Shown: positions 1 to 8,759 of the stretch, in pieces
How the letters are laid out: each line of letters begins with the position of its first letter
Position numbering within the stretch: position 1 is the stretch's first letter
Assembly: GCA_965232515.1 (NCBI GenBank)
Contig: CBDDPY010000002.1
Coordinates: 2,240,001-2,304,000 of the forward strand
Length of the DNA: 64,000 nt
Reading direction: 5' to 3'
Origin: Alphaproteobacteria bacterium
GTDB lineage: Bacteria > Pseudomonadota > Alphaproteobacteria > GCA-2731375
Notes under the pieces: generated by a model
The model's input: only the letters and a program-made list of their open reading frames with translations
Database searches by the model: none
Told to the model about the DNA's origin: nothing
Made by a program: the position numbers and the translations under genes

Positions 1-157
1 GACTGGTTCACGGAGGGTTCGTGACCACGACCCAACGCGAACGCGCAAACTTGTCGCCGAGATGACACATGCGCGGCCCTGCGCAACGCATCTGCCGGAT
101 CCCACCTAGGAGGCAAGGCCCGTCGGGCCGCATCGCACCGCTACCTGGAGGACGATC

Positions 158-1249
158 ATGGCAGTCTCGGACAATCTCATCGCCGCCAAACGCGCAATCA
201 GCGGGCGTCTGCTGCGCGCAGGTTTGCGCGGCGGCGTCACCTCGGCTCGGCCGTCTGCCCATGTCACCGCCGCCGTGGCCAGCGCCGGCCACAACGTGCA
301 TGCCGTCGGCTTAGGTCACAAGGTCGTCGGCGGTCGGGCGTCGTCGACGCCCTGCGTTCGCATTTATGTGGTGCAGAAGCTGGCGGCGCATCTGCTGCCG
401 CCGCGCGACCGCCTGCCGGAACGCATCGATGGCGTGCCGACCGACGTGATCGAATCCGCGCCGGCCTTCGCACTGGCCCGGACCGCGACCAAGAAACGCC
501 CGCAAGGCAAACGCAAGGCGGCGAAGGCGTTGCGGCAGACGGACTGCAGCGACAGCCGCCAGCAACGGCAGCGGCCGATCGTGCCCGGCATCAGCGTCGC
601 GCACGAGGACGTCACCGCCGGCACGCTGACCTGTCTCTGCCGCTCGACGGCGCCCGGCGACGACCCGGACGATCTCTTCGCGCTCAGCAACAACCACGTC
701 TTCGCCGACACCAACAATGGCCTGATCGGCGACGATCTGCTTCAGCCCGGACCGGCCGACGGCGGCAGCATCATCGACCGGTTCGCGACCCTGCACCGCT
801 ACGTCGACATCATCGACGACGGCATCACGGCGAACCGCGTCGACGCCGCGATCGGCCGGCTGCTGCCCGAGGTGGCCGCGGACGAGGCGGTCTGCTCCAT
901 CGGTCAAGTCGACGGCACCACGCGCGGCGAGATCGGCATGGCGGTGCGCAAGCATGGCCGCACCACGGGTCTGACGGAAGGCGTGGTCACCGACGAGGCG
1001 CTCGACGTGCTGGTCGGCCTCGACCCGTTCGATCCGCGGGCCGTCGCGCTCTTCGAGGATCAGATGCGCATCGACGTGACGGCCGGTTTTCCGGCCTTCG
1101 GCCTCGGCGGCGACAGCGGCTCGCTGGTGGCGATGCAGGCCGCGCCGCGCGCCGTCGGCCTGTTTTTCGCCGGGCCGCCGGGCGGGCTTTACGGCATCGC
1201 CAACCAGATGGATGATGTCGAGAACGAGCTCGAGATCGCCGTGGTTTAG
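158..1249 (+). CDS. Trypsin-like (S1, Nal1-like) serine protease with N-terminal pro/regulatory domain
   Basis: Triad motifs LSNNHV, VDAAI and GGDSGS. N-terminal segment NVHAVGLGHK..CVRIYV..K..IDGVPTDVIE. RBS GGAGGA upstream. No signal peptide evident. Confidence 0.85.
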   Translation: MAVSDNLIAAKRAISGRLLRAGLRGGVTSARPSAHVTAAVASAGHNVHAVGLGHKVVGGRASSTPCVRIYVVQKLAAHLLPPRDRLPERIDGVPTDVIESAPAFALARTATKKRPQGKRKAAKALRQTDCSDSRQQRQRPIVPGISVAHEDVTAGTLTCLCRSTAPGDDPDDLFALSNNHVFADTNNGLIGDDLLQPGPADGGSIIDRFATLHRYVDIIDDGITANRVDAAIGRLLPEVAADEAVCSIGQVDGTTRGEIGMAVRKHGRTTGLTEGVVTDEALDVLVGLDPFDPRAVALFEDQMRIDVTAGFPAFGLGGDSGSLVAMQAAPRAVGLFFAGPPGGLYGIANQMDDVENELEIAVV

Positions 1250-1261
1250 GCCGGAGGCCGG

Positions 1262-1486
1262 ATGACCGAAAGCCTGCGGCAGGCGAAGGACCGCCTGCGC
1301 CGCCAGTTCCTCGGCCGGGCCGGCCTGCACGGCCTGGGCCTGCGCCCGGCCGAGGACGCCATCTGCATCTATGCCGACGCGGACGAAACGCCCGGCCAGC
1401 AAGCCCTGTTGACCGAAATCGAACAGGCCGCCAAACCGTTTCGCATCATCGTGATCCGCGAACAGAAACCGTCTCTGCCGCGCTAA
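1262..1486 (+). CDS. 74-aa hypothetical protein resembling the protease N-terminal domain
   Basis: RBS GGAGG, 12 bp after the protease stop. GLHGLGL..ICIYAD echoes NVHAVGLG..VRIYV of the protease. Confidence 0.7.
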   Translation: MTESLRQAKDRLRRQFLGRAGLHGLGLRPAEDAICIYADADETPGQQALLTEIEQAAKPFRIIVIREQKPSLPR

Positions 1487-1634
1487 GCCGGCCGCCGCAT
1501 TTGGCGCTGGCTAGCGACCTGATTGCTTGAGCCCAACAAGAGAGCGATCACATCACTGGACGACACACCAATAAGGCGCTATACGTCATGTTATCTCAAT
1601 TAATGTTTGCCGTGCATCGACGCGGCTATTTGAT

Positions 1635-2048
1635 ATGGAAATCGAGCGTCTCGAGCGACTAAGGCGCCTCTTAGACAAGCTTGCGCGAGGGCGTCCAGGT
1701 CCGAACAAGACTGAACGGGCATACCTCTCGACCTTGTTTAAGGAGGAAGCGTTCGTCACGCTGTCATGGGTCTGGGGACCGGAGGTCGAGTTTGCCGAAG
1801 TCGGCAGTAACGCTTGTTGGGAGCACGGGGTCGTCACAGAAGCTGGCTGGTACGTGCATCCCTTTTGCCTAGCCGGCTGCTGCCGACCTGCCGGCCCCTT
1901 TGGCTCGCGTGACGAGGCGCTGCTGACGCACCGTCGCGAATTGCTGCCCGACGCCTTTCGATCGGACATCAAGCTCGATATCGAGAGGCTGATCCATCCG
2001 ATCGACGCGGACAACACGACCGGCGATGCGGTGACAACGAGTTGCTGA
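1635..2048 (+). CDS. Hypothetical protein (GWY..C..GC..GPF motif)
   Basis: 137-aa ORF in an AT-richer stretch with plausible composition. Weak RBS. Confidence 0.5.
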   Translation: MEIERLERLRRLLDKLARGRPGPNKTERAYLSTLFKEEAFVTLSWVWGPEVEFAEVGSNACWEHGVVTEAGWYVHPFCLAGCCRPAGPFGSRDEALLTHRRELLPDAFRSDIKLDIERLIHPIDADNTTGDAVTTSC

Positions 2049-2140
2049 CCTGCCGTCTGTCGCCCTCCTAACATCATCACACTGTCGACCTGCCGTTGAG
2101 GGAACGGCAAGATTAGGTGTGGCGAGAACAGGAGGTGACG

Positions 2141-2884
2141 ATGGCGGAGCGGACGAAGGCGGTGGTGGTGGGCGTCGGGGCCGAGGCCGGACTGGGCGCG
2201 GCGCTGTGCCGGAAGTTCGCGGCCGAAGGCCGACATGTGCTGGTGGCAGGCCGCACACCTGAGAAGATCGAGCGGGTCGTGGCGTCGATCGCGGGTGCCG
2301 GCGGCGCGGCGACGGCGGTGCCGGTCGACACCACCAGCGAGGCCGACGTGGTCGCGCTGTTCGACCGGGCCTCTGCCGAGGACGCCGACGGCGGGCCGGC
2401 CGATCTGGTCGTGTACAACGCCGGCAACAACGCGCGCGGCAACCTCACGGAGATGCCGGCACAGTTCTTCGAAGACGTCTGGCGCGTGGTCTGTCTTGGC
2501 GGCTTTCTGGTCGGGCGCGAGGCGGCGCGGCGGCTTGTCCCGCAGGGGCGCGGCACGGTGCTGTTCACCGGCGCCACGGCGTCGGTGCGCTCGCGGCCGC
2601 CGTTCACGGCCTTCGCCTCGGCCAAGGCGGCGTTGCGGGCGGTGGCGGAATCCATGGCGCGCGAGTTCGGGCCGCAGGGCATCCACGTGGCGCACGTGAT
2701 CATCGACGGCGGCATCAACGGCGAGAAGCTGCGCACCGCCGCGCCGCAGATGGCGGAACAGAGGGGCGACGACGGTCTGCTGAATCCCGACGCCATCGCC
2801 GAGGTCTATTGGCAGCTACACCGGCAGCACCCGACAACCTGGAGCTTCGAGCTCGACCTGCGCCCGTCGAAGGAACCGTTTTGA
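2141..2884 (+). CDS. Short-chain dehydrogenase/reductase
   Basis: GVGAEAGLG Rossmann motif, YNAG, TGATAS and FASAK (an atypical YxxxK). RBS GGAGG before ATG 2141. Confidence 0.9.
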   Translation: MAERTKAVVVGVGAEAGLGAALCRKFAAEGRHVLVAGRTPEKIERVVASIAGAGGAATAVPVDTTSEADVVALFDRASAEDADGGPADLVVYNAGNNARGNLTEMPAQFFEDVWRVVCLGGFLVGREAARRLVPQGRGTVLFTGATASVRSRPPFTAFASAKAALRAVAESMAREFGPQGIHVAHVIIDGGINGEKLRTAAPQMAEQRGDDGLLNPDAIAEVYWQLHRQHPTTWSFELDLRPSKEPF

Positions 2885-2991
2885 GTGAACAGACCCGGAC
2901 CGCAGCCGGCGGCATTTCAGATTAATCCGGCCGGGCTGAGCGAGGTCACGGATTGTTGGCGGGGCACCTGTGGACTGACGCCGCCATTCGC

Positions 2992-4023
2992 CTAGTTCTG
3001 ATCTGTGGCGATTTCGAGTTCACGTCTCAATGGTGTTCCGATCGACTTCAGATACGTCATGTATGTCCGCATCATTCGCCACCATGCCCACGTTGCAAGA
3101 AGGGCGAGTGAGAAACCAGCGATGCCAGTTTCGATTACGAAATCGACCTTCACTCCTCGGCAAAAATAAATCGAAAAAGCGAGAAGAGAAAAATATCCGA
3201 CTGACGGAACGGATATAAACGTATCCACAAAATTGAATGTGGCTCTTCTTACAATCTTGTCGCGCCCTCCCTTCAACCCTCTCACCCTTAGGTAATTATT
3301 TCTCCGCTTCGTCTCGTCCGTTTTTGGCGGCATCCAAACCAACGCCACATATTCCGAAAACTCGATCGGATTTGGCGGTTTTTGGGTCGCGCCCTTTTTG
3401 CCTCCCTGCGTGCTCAGCCGCAGCCATAGCAGCCCAGCACCCAACACCATCACAACCGGATAAACGGCCAGGAACAGAAAGCCGAAGTAAGGCGAGGTCA
3501 GATCCGTCAGCCGATCCAGATCAACGTTCCAGGAGTTGGCCGGAAGGCCATGCCGGCTTAGCTTGTCGGGTGCAACAACAGTTCGGACGATCGCGATCTG
3601 CGCCGCACAGGTGAGACCGGGGAGCAGTACCGCGACGGATCGGGCGAGACGCACGCGTGTGCGCAAATAGTCGATCCAATCGACGGCACCACCGCCCTTT
3701 ATCAGGATGGCAGATCGGAATTTCCCCTCGTCAAAGGGATCGTCGCTGCCCGGTCCTCTTTCGTATTTGTTGGCGAACCGCAAGCGCATATGCCGTTCCC
3801 AGCCAACCATGATGGAATCGGCAAGCCGGTCGAACACGACACCGACCAAATAGACCAGTCCCAAAAGGACGGCGCCGGCCCCAATGCCAGTCACCGTCGC
3901 CCAAGGCGTGTTGTTCGAAGAAAAGGGGCCGGCGGCGATTTCCCGAAACCAGGGTAACGCAACGATCGCCAGAACAATACTGCCGATCAGCACCTGTTCG
4001 ACGAATATCTCGGTCGTCTTCAT
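2992..4023 (-). CDS. Multi-pass membrane hypothetical protein
   Basis: 343 aa with about six hydrophobic segments. AT-richer than flanks. ATGA overlap with the NUDIX stop. Confidence 0.75.
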   Translation of the reverse strand: MKTTEIFVEQVLIGSIVLAIVALPWFREIAAGPFSSNNTPWATVTGIGAGAVLLGLVYLVGVVFDRLADSIMVGWERHMRLRFANKYERGPGSDDPFDEGKFRSAILIKGGGAVDWIDYLRTRVRLARSVAVLLPGLTCAAQIAIVRTVVAPDKLSRHGLPANSWNVDLDRLTDLTSPYFGFLFLAVYPVVMVLGAGLLWLRLSTQGGKKGATQKPPNPIEFSEYVALVWMPPKTDETKRRNNYLRVRGLKGGRDKIVRRATFNFVDTFISVPSVGYFSLLAFSIYFCRGVKVDFVIETGIAGFSLALLATWAWWRMMRTYMTYLKSIGTPLRRELEIATDQN

Positions 4024-4451
4024 GGGTCGGGCTGCGTGTTGGAATCTCCTTGGTTCAGTACCTGCCGGGCCTTTTCCAGAATGTTGCGAGATTCATCGAA
4101 CGTCAGTCGATCGTATGCCGCCGCAAACGGCAGCCATGCCAATTGCCGGTCCTCGATGGGAAAGCCGTCTCGAAGATGACGCGCCAGGAAATAGGCCGTC
4201 GTCACGAGTTCGCCATCGGCGGCACGAAACGTCGACAGGCCGAGCGGTGCGAGAATTTCCGCCTCGCAACCCGTCTCTTCCGTCAATTCGCGAAGGGCCG
4301 CGGTTTCGGGCTGTTCGTCGCCGTCGATATGGCCTTTCGGCAGCACCCAATGGTCCGGCTGGCGTTTCGCCGTGATCAGTAGAAACTCCGGTCCAGAATC
4401 GGTGTCGCGGCACAGAACAATACCGCCGCGGTTCGGCGTCGGTTTGCCCAT
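4020..4451 (-). CDS. NUDIX hydrolase
   Basis: Nudix box GHIDGDEQPETAALRELTEETG preceded by WVLPK. ATG at 4451 (GTG at 4463 is an alternative). Confidence 0.92.
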   Translation of the reverse strand: MGKPTPNRGGIVLCRDTDSGPEFLLITAKRQPDHWVLPKGHIDGDEQPETAALRELTEETGCEAEILAPLGLSTFRAADGELVTTAYFLARHLRDGFPIEDRQLAWLPFAAAYDRLTFDESRNILEKARQVLNQGDSNTQPDP

Positions 4452-4695
4452 GGCGTGTCTCACTACGTCCGGCCTTGGCCTATCGGACCTCAGCCAATAA
4501 CGAGATCAAGTGATCGTCATCATCCCGTCGGCGACCACCGTCGTCAACGTTCCGCACGGAAACGCGACGCAAATTGTCACAACCATATGTAGCAGATTTG
4601 CACGTCTCGGGGGTTCCAAACGACGCGTACTTGTGGCATAAGACCGCTCGCCGCTTCCGGCGGCAACCACGCATGATCTTTAGAGGGACCGACAG

Positions 4696-4761
4696 ATGAA
4701 GATGAGCTTTATCCTCATGCCCATCGCCCGTGTCCCCGGCGCCTGGCCGCCTCACCTCTGA
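4696..4761 (+). CDS. Putative leader peptide MKMSFILMPIARVPGAWPPHL (21 aa)
   Basis: Read directly: AGAGGGA SD-like site, ATG 4696, TGA 4759-4761. Followed by a structured region upstream of the ABC exporter. Confidence 0.5.
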   Translation: MKMSFILMPIARVPGAWPPHL

Positions 4762-4925
4762 GCCCGCGCCCGCCCGGTCTGGGGACACCGACCGGGGCAA
4801 CCCTGCCGAACATCACAAAGGCGTAAGCGCCTAACACCGAGACATTTGCGGTGCGCGCGAGCGCCGCCCGGCATCGCCATCCGGTCATTCGAGCGAACCC
4901 GGCGCGTTTGCGCCGAGAATTGTCC

Positions 4926-6749
4926 ATGGCGAGTTTGGAGGACCGTTCGGGGCCAATAACCCCTCGGTTCGGACCTGTGAGCCAGATTGGCTTCATCGAG
5001 ATCACGCGTTACGTCTGGCGCTATTGGCGCCAGGTCCCGCACATTTTCGTGGCCACCGGCATGACCATGCTGGCGGCGACCATCGTCGACATCTTCATGC
5101 CAGTGCTGGCCGGACAACTGATCGATACGTTGGCGGTCGATAATGCGGCAGCGGGCGATCGGCTGCGCGAGGCGCTGCTGGCCGTCGCCGCCTTCGTCGG
5201 CCTGGCGGTCGGCGTGCATGTCCTGCGGCTGACCTCGTTCTACATGTGGGTGCGGCTGGCGACCAAGGTGATGCGGCGCATGGTCGGCGACAGCTTCGCG
5301 CGCGTGCAGCGCTTCAGCACGGACTGGCACGCCAACACATTCGCCGGCGCCACCGTGCGCAAGATCACGCGCGGCATGTGGGCCTACGACCAGTTCGCCG
5401 ACACGCTCTATATCGGCCTGCTGCCGACGGCCGTGGTGCTGGGCGGCGTGACGACGCTGCTGGCCATGCGCTGGCCACTGATGGGCGCCTATGTGTTCAT
5501 TGCGTCGGCCGCCTATATCGTCGTCAGCGTGGTGCTGGTATCGCGTTATCTGGCGCCGGTGCGGACGATCTCGAACCGGGCGGACTCGGCGATCGGCGGC
5601 GCGCTGGCCGACGCCATCGGCTGCAACGCCACGGTCAAGAGCTTCGGCGCCGAGACCCGCGAGGACGACCGCTTCGGCGGCGTCGTCGGCGAGTGGCAGG
5701 CGCGCACGCTGGTCACCTGGACGCGCGACATCAACGTCGAGAGCGTGCAGGCCGGCCTGTCGGTGCTGCTGCAGTTGGGCCTCCTGGGCCTCGCGGTCTG
5801 GTTCTGGCATCAGGGCCTGGCGACGCCGGGCGACGTGACCTTCGTGCTGACCAGCTATTTCCTGGTCAACGGCCGCTTGCGCGAGGTCGGCATGCACGTG
5901 CGCAACCTGCAGCGGGCGATGAGCGAGATCGAGGACCTGATCATCTTCGAGCGCACGCCGCTGGGCGTCGCCGACGGGGGCGATGCCGTGCCACTGACGG
6001 CCAGCGACGGCGCGATCCGGTTCGATGACGTGACGTTCCGCTACGGCCCGCAGCTGGCGCCGCTGTACCAGGACTTCACGCTCGACATCGCGGCGGGCGA
6101 GCGCATCGCGCTGGTCGGCCCGTCCGGCAGCGGCAAGAGCACCTTCGTCAAGCTGGTGCAGCGGCTCTACGACATCGACGGCGGCGAGATCCTGATCGAC
6201 GGCCAGGACATTGCCGGCGTGACGCAGGCGAGCCTGCGCGCGGCCGTCGCCCTGGTGCCGCAGGACCCGGTGCTGTTCCACCGCAGCCTGGCGGAGAACA
6301 TCGCCTATGCCCGACCCGACGCGACGGAGGCCGAGATCCAGGAAGCCGCGCGGCTGGCGCATGCGCACGAGTTCATCATGGACCTGCCGCAGGGCTACGA
6401 CACGCTGGTCGGCGAGCGGGGCGTGAAGCTGTCGGGCGGCGAGCGTCAGCGGGTGGCGCTGGCGCGCGCGTTCCTGGCCGACGCGCCGGTGCTGATCCTG
6501 GACGAGGCGACGAGCAGCCTCGACTCGATCACCGAAGCGCTGATCCAGGAATCGATCGAGCGGCTGATGACCGGGCGCACGACGATCATCATCGCCCATC
6601 GGCTGTCGACGATCCGCCAGGTCGACCGCATCCTGGTGTTCGACCGCGGCCGCATCGTCGAGCAGGGCCGGCTGGAGGACATGCTGGCGCGCGACGACGG
6701 CTTCTACCGCCGCCTGCACGACACGCAACTCGAAGGCCTCGCGTCCTAA
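4926..6749 (+). CDS. ABC exporter, fused permease/ATPase (ABCB/MsbA-like)
   Basis: N-terminal TM domain, Walker A GPSGSGKST, LSGGERQR, ILDEATSSLD, H-loop IAHRL. Confidence 0.93.
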   Translation: MASLEDRSGPITPRFGPVSQIGFIEITRYVWRYWRQVPHIFVATGMTMLAATIVDIFMPVLAGQLIDTLAVDNAAAGDRLREALLAVAAFVGLAVGVHVLRLTSFYMWVRLATKVMRRMVGDSFARVQRFSTDWHANTFAGATVRKITRGMWAYDQFADTLYIGLLPTAVVLGGVTTLLAMRWPLMGAYVFIASAAYIVVSVVLVSRYLAPVRTISNRADSAIGGALADAIGCNATVKSFGAETREDDRFGGVVGEWQARTLVTWTRDINVESVQAGLSVLLQLGLLGLAVWFWHQGLATPGDVTFVLTSYFLVNGRLREVGMHVRNLQRAMSEIEDLIIFERTPLGVADGGDAVPLTASDGAIRFDDVTFRYGPQLAPLYQDFTLDIAAGERIALVGPSGSGKSTFVKLVQRLYDIDGGEILIDGQDIAGVTQASLRAAVALVPQDPVLFHRSLAENIAYARPDATEAEIQEAARLAHAHEFIMDLPQGYDTLVGERGVKLSGGERQRVALARAFLADAPVLILDEATSSLDSITEALIQESIERLMTGRTTIIIAHRLSTIRQVDRILVFDRGRIVEQGRLEDMLARDDGFYRRLHDTQLEGLAS

Positions 6750-7846
6750 CCGGACGCGCCGCCCTGCTGCCACTGGCCCAGCAGGGCGGCGAAGAGGTCG
6801 GTGTCGGCGACGATGGCGGCGATGCGGCCGTCGATGTCGATCAGCACCGGACGCTTGGTCGCGAGGCGGGCCTGGATCAGGTCTTTCAGCGCGGTCTCCG
6901 GCGTGGCGACGGCGCTGACGCCCTCGCGCAGCCCGCCGTCCCCGAGCCGGACCGTCGTGCCGGCGTCGGGCGGCGGGGCGTCGAGCGGGCGCATGACCTC
7001 GGCCGCGCGCAGGACGTTGAGCGGGTTCATGTGCGCCACGAAGTCGGCGACATAGTCGTTCGCCGGGTTCAGCACGATGTCCTGCGGCGTGCCGAACTGC
7101 ACCACCCGGCCGCCCTCCATGATGGCGATCTTGGAGCCGATCTTGAGGGCCTCGTCGAGGTCGTGGCTGACGAAGATGATGCTGCGACGGAGCTGCGCCT
7201 GGAGGTCGAGCAGTTCGTCCTGCAGCCGGTCGCGGATCAGCGGATCGAGCGCCGAGAACGGCTCGTCCATCAACAGGATCGGCGCCTCGGTGGCGAAGGC
7301 GCGGGCGAGGCCGACGCGCTGCTGCATGCCGCCGGAGAGCTCGTGCACGCGGCGCTCGGCCCAGCCGTCGAGATGCACCAATTCTAGCTGCCGCTCGACG
7401 CGCTGCTGGCGCTCGGGCGCGGGCACGCCGGCGAGCTCGAGGCCGAAGCCGACATTCTCTGCCACCGTGCGCCAGGGCAGCAGGCCGAACTGCTGAAACA
7501 CCATGGCGACGCGGCCGGTGCGCAGGCGGCGCAGCACGTCCGGTTCGCAACGGCTGGGATCGACATAGGCCTGGCCGTCATGCACCAGAGTCTCGCCGCG
7601 GATCACGCGGTTGAGGCCGTTGGCGGCGCGCAATAGCGTCGACTTGCCGGAGCCGGACAGGCCCATCAGCACGACGATCTCGCCTTCCAGCACGTCGAGG
7701 CTGGCGCCGGCGACGCCCAGGACTTGACCGGTCGCTTCCTGGATTTCCTCGCGCGTCTGGCCCTGGTCGATCAGCGGCAGCGCGCGATCGGGCTTGTCGC
7801 CGAAGACGATGTCGACGTCGCGGAAGCGGACGATCGGTTCAGACAT
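6746..7846 (-). CDS. choV: Choline ABC transporter ATP-binding protein
   Basis: GLSGSGKST, LSGGMQQRVGLARA, MDEPFSALDPL. Lies in an operon with choXW next to betI-betA. Confidence 0.88.
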   Translation of the reverse strand: MSEPIVRFRDVDIVFGDKPDRALPLIDQGQTREEIQEATGQVLGVAGASLDVLEGEIVVLMGLSGSGKSTLLRAANGLNRVIRGETLVHDGQAYVDPSRCEPDVLRRLRTGRVAMVFQQFGLLPWRTVAENVGFGLELAGVPAPERQQRVERQLELVHLDGWAERRVHELSGGMQQRVGLARAFATEAPILLMDEPFSALDPLIRDRLQDELLDLQAQLRRSIIFVSHDLDEALKIGSKIAIMEGGRVVQFGTPQDIVLNPANDYVADFVAHMNPLNVLRAAEVMRPLDAPPPDAGTTVRLGDGGLREGVSAVATPETALKDLIQARLATKRPVLIDIDGRIAAIVADTDLFAALLGQWQQGGASG

Positions 7847-7858
7847 GATCCGATAATG

Positions 7859-8692
7859 TCACGATTTCTCCCGGCGGAAGAGCCGGTCGAGAATGATGGC
7901 GATCAGCACGATCGCCAGCCCGACCTCGAAGCCCTTGGCGATGTTGACCTGGTTCAGCGCCCGGAGCGTCGGCACGCCGAGGCCGTCGGCGCCGACCAAA
8001 GCCGCGATTACCACCATCGACAGCGACAGCATGATGGTCTGGGTCAGGCCGGCCATGATCTGCGGCATGGCGTAGGGCAGCTCGACCTTCCAGAGCAGTT
8101 GCCGCTTGGTGGCGCCGAAGGCCTGGCCAGCCTCGATGAGCGGTCGCGGCGTCGAGGAGATGCCGAGATGCGTGAGCCGGATCGGCGCGGGGATGGCGAA
8201 GATCACCGTCGCGATCAGCCCCGGCACCATGCCGAGGCCGAACAGGATCAGCGCCGGGATCAGATAGACGAAGGTCGGGATCGTCTGCATCAGATCGAGC
8301 ACCGGCCGCAGGCCCGCGTACAGCGCCGGCCGCCGCGCCGCGGCGATGCCGACCGGCACGCCGACGCCCATGCAGACGGCCGACGCCGCCAGCACCAGGG
8401 CCAGCGTCTCGGTGGTCTCCTCCCAATAGCCCTGATTGATGATCAGCAGCAGCCCGGCGGCAGTGAAGACCGAGAACAGGACCGAGCGCCGGGCCCAGTA
8501 AGCGAGCGCCGTGACGATAACGACGACGAGCAACGGATGCGGCGTCTGCAGGACCCACAGCAGACCGTCGATAAACGCTTCCAAGCCCAGCGAAACCGCG
8601 TCGAAGAACCAGGTCGCGTTGTCGGTCAGCCAGTCGACGACTGATTTCATCCACTTGCCGACCGGCAGCTTGTTCTCGGTGAGCCATTCCAT
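7859..8692 (-). CDS. choW: Choline ABC transporter permease
   Basis: ProW-like LDLMQTIPTFVYLIP and EAGQAFGA (EAA) motif. Confidence 0.88.
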   Translation of the reverse strand: MEWLTENKLPVGKWMKSVVDWLTDNATWFFDAVSLGLEAFIDGLLWVLQTPHPLLVVVIVTALAYWARRSVLFSVFTAAGLLLIINQGYWEETTETLALVLAASAVCMGVGVPVGIAAARRPALYAGLRPVLDLMQTIPTFVYLIPALILFGLGMVPGLIATVIFAIPAPIRLTHLGISSTPRPLIEAGQAFGATKRQLLWKVELPYAMPQIMAGLTQTIMLSLSMVVIAALVGADGLGVPTLRALNQVNIAKGFEVGLAIVLIAIILDRLFRREKS

Positions 8693-8714
8693 GGCCGCCT
8701 CACCCCCAAGTCAT

Positions 8715-8740
8715 ACCGGCCGGCGCGACGGCCGGCCGGT
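8715..8740. other. Perfect 10-bp stem-loop between choX and choW (likely mRNA-stabilising hairpin)
   Basis: ACCGGCCGGC-gcgacg-GCCGGCCGGT. Confidence 0.6.
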
Positions 8741-8759
8741 CGAGATCAGCGAGGTAGTG

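Noticed and set aside
4680-4925. Known metabolite riboswitch (e.g. cobalamin) upstream of the ABC exporter
   Set aside because: I could not find the conserved boxes of any riboswitch class I recognise. Reported instead as a candidate leader-peptide attenuator.
4752-7550. 932-aa minus-strand ORF, and other long shadow ORFs such as 59594..62284, 25529..27403, 32286..33788 and 62113..63807
   Set aside because: Antisense or off-frame shadows of well-supported genes in high-GC DNA. They are Arg/Ala/Gly-rich with no motifs.
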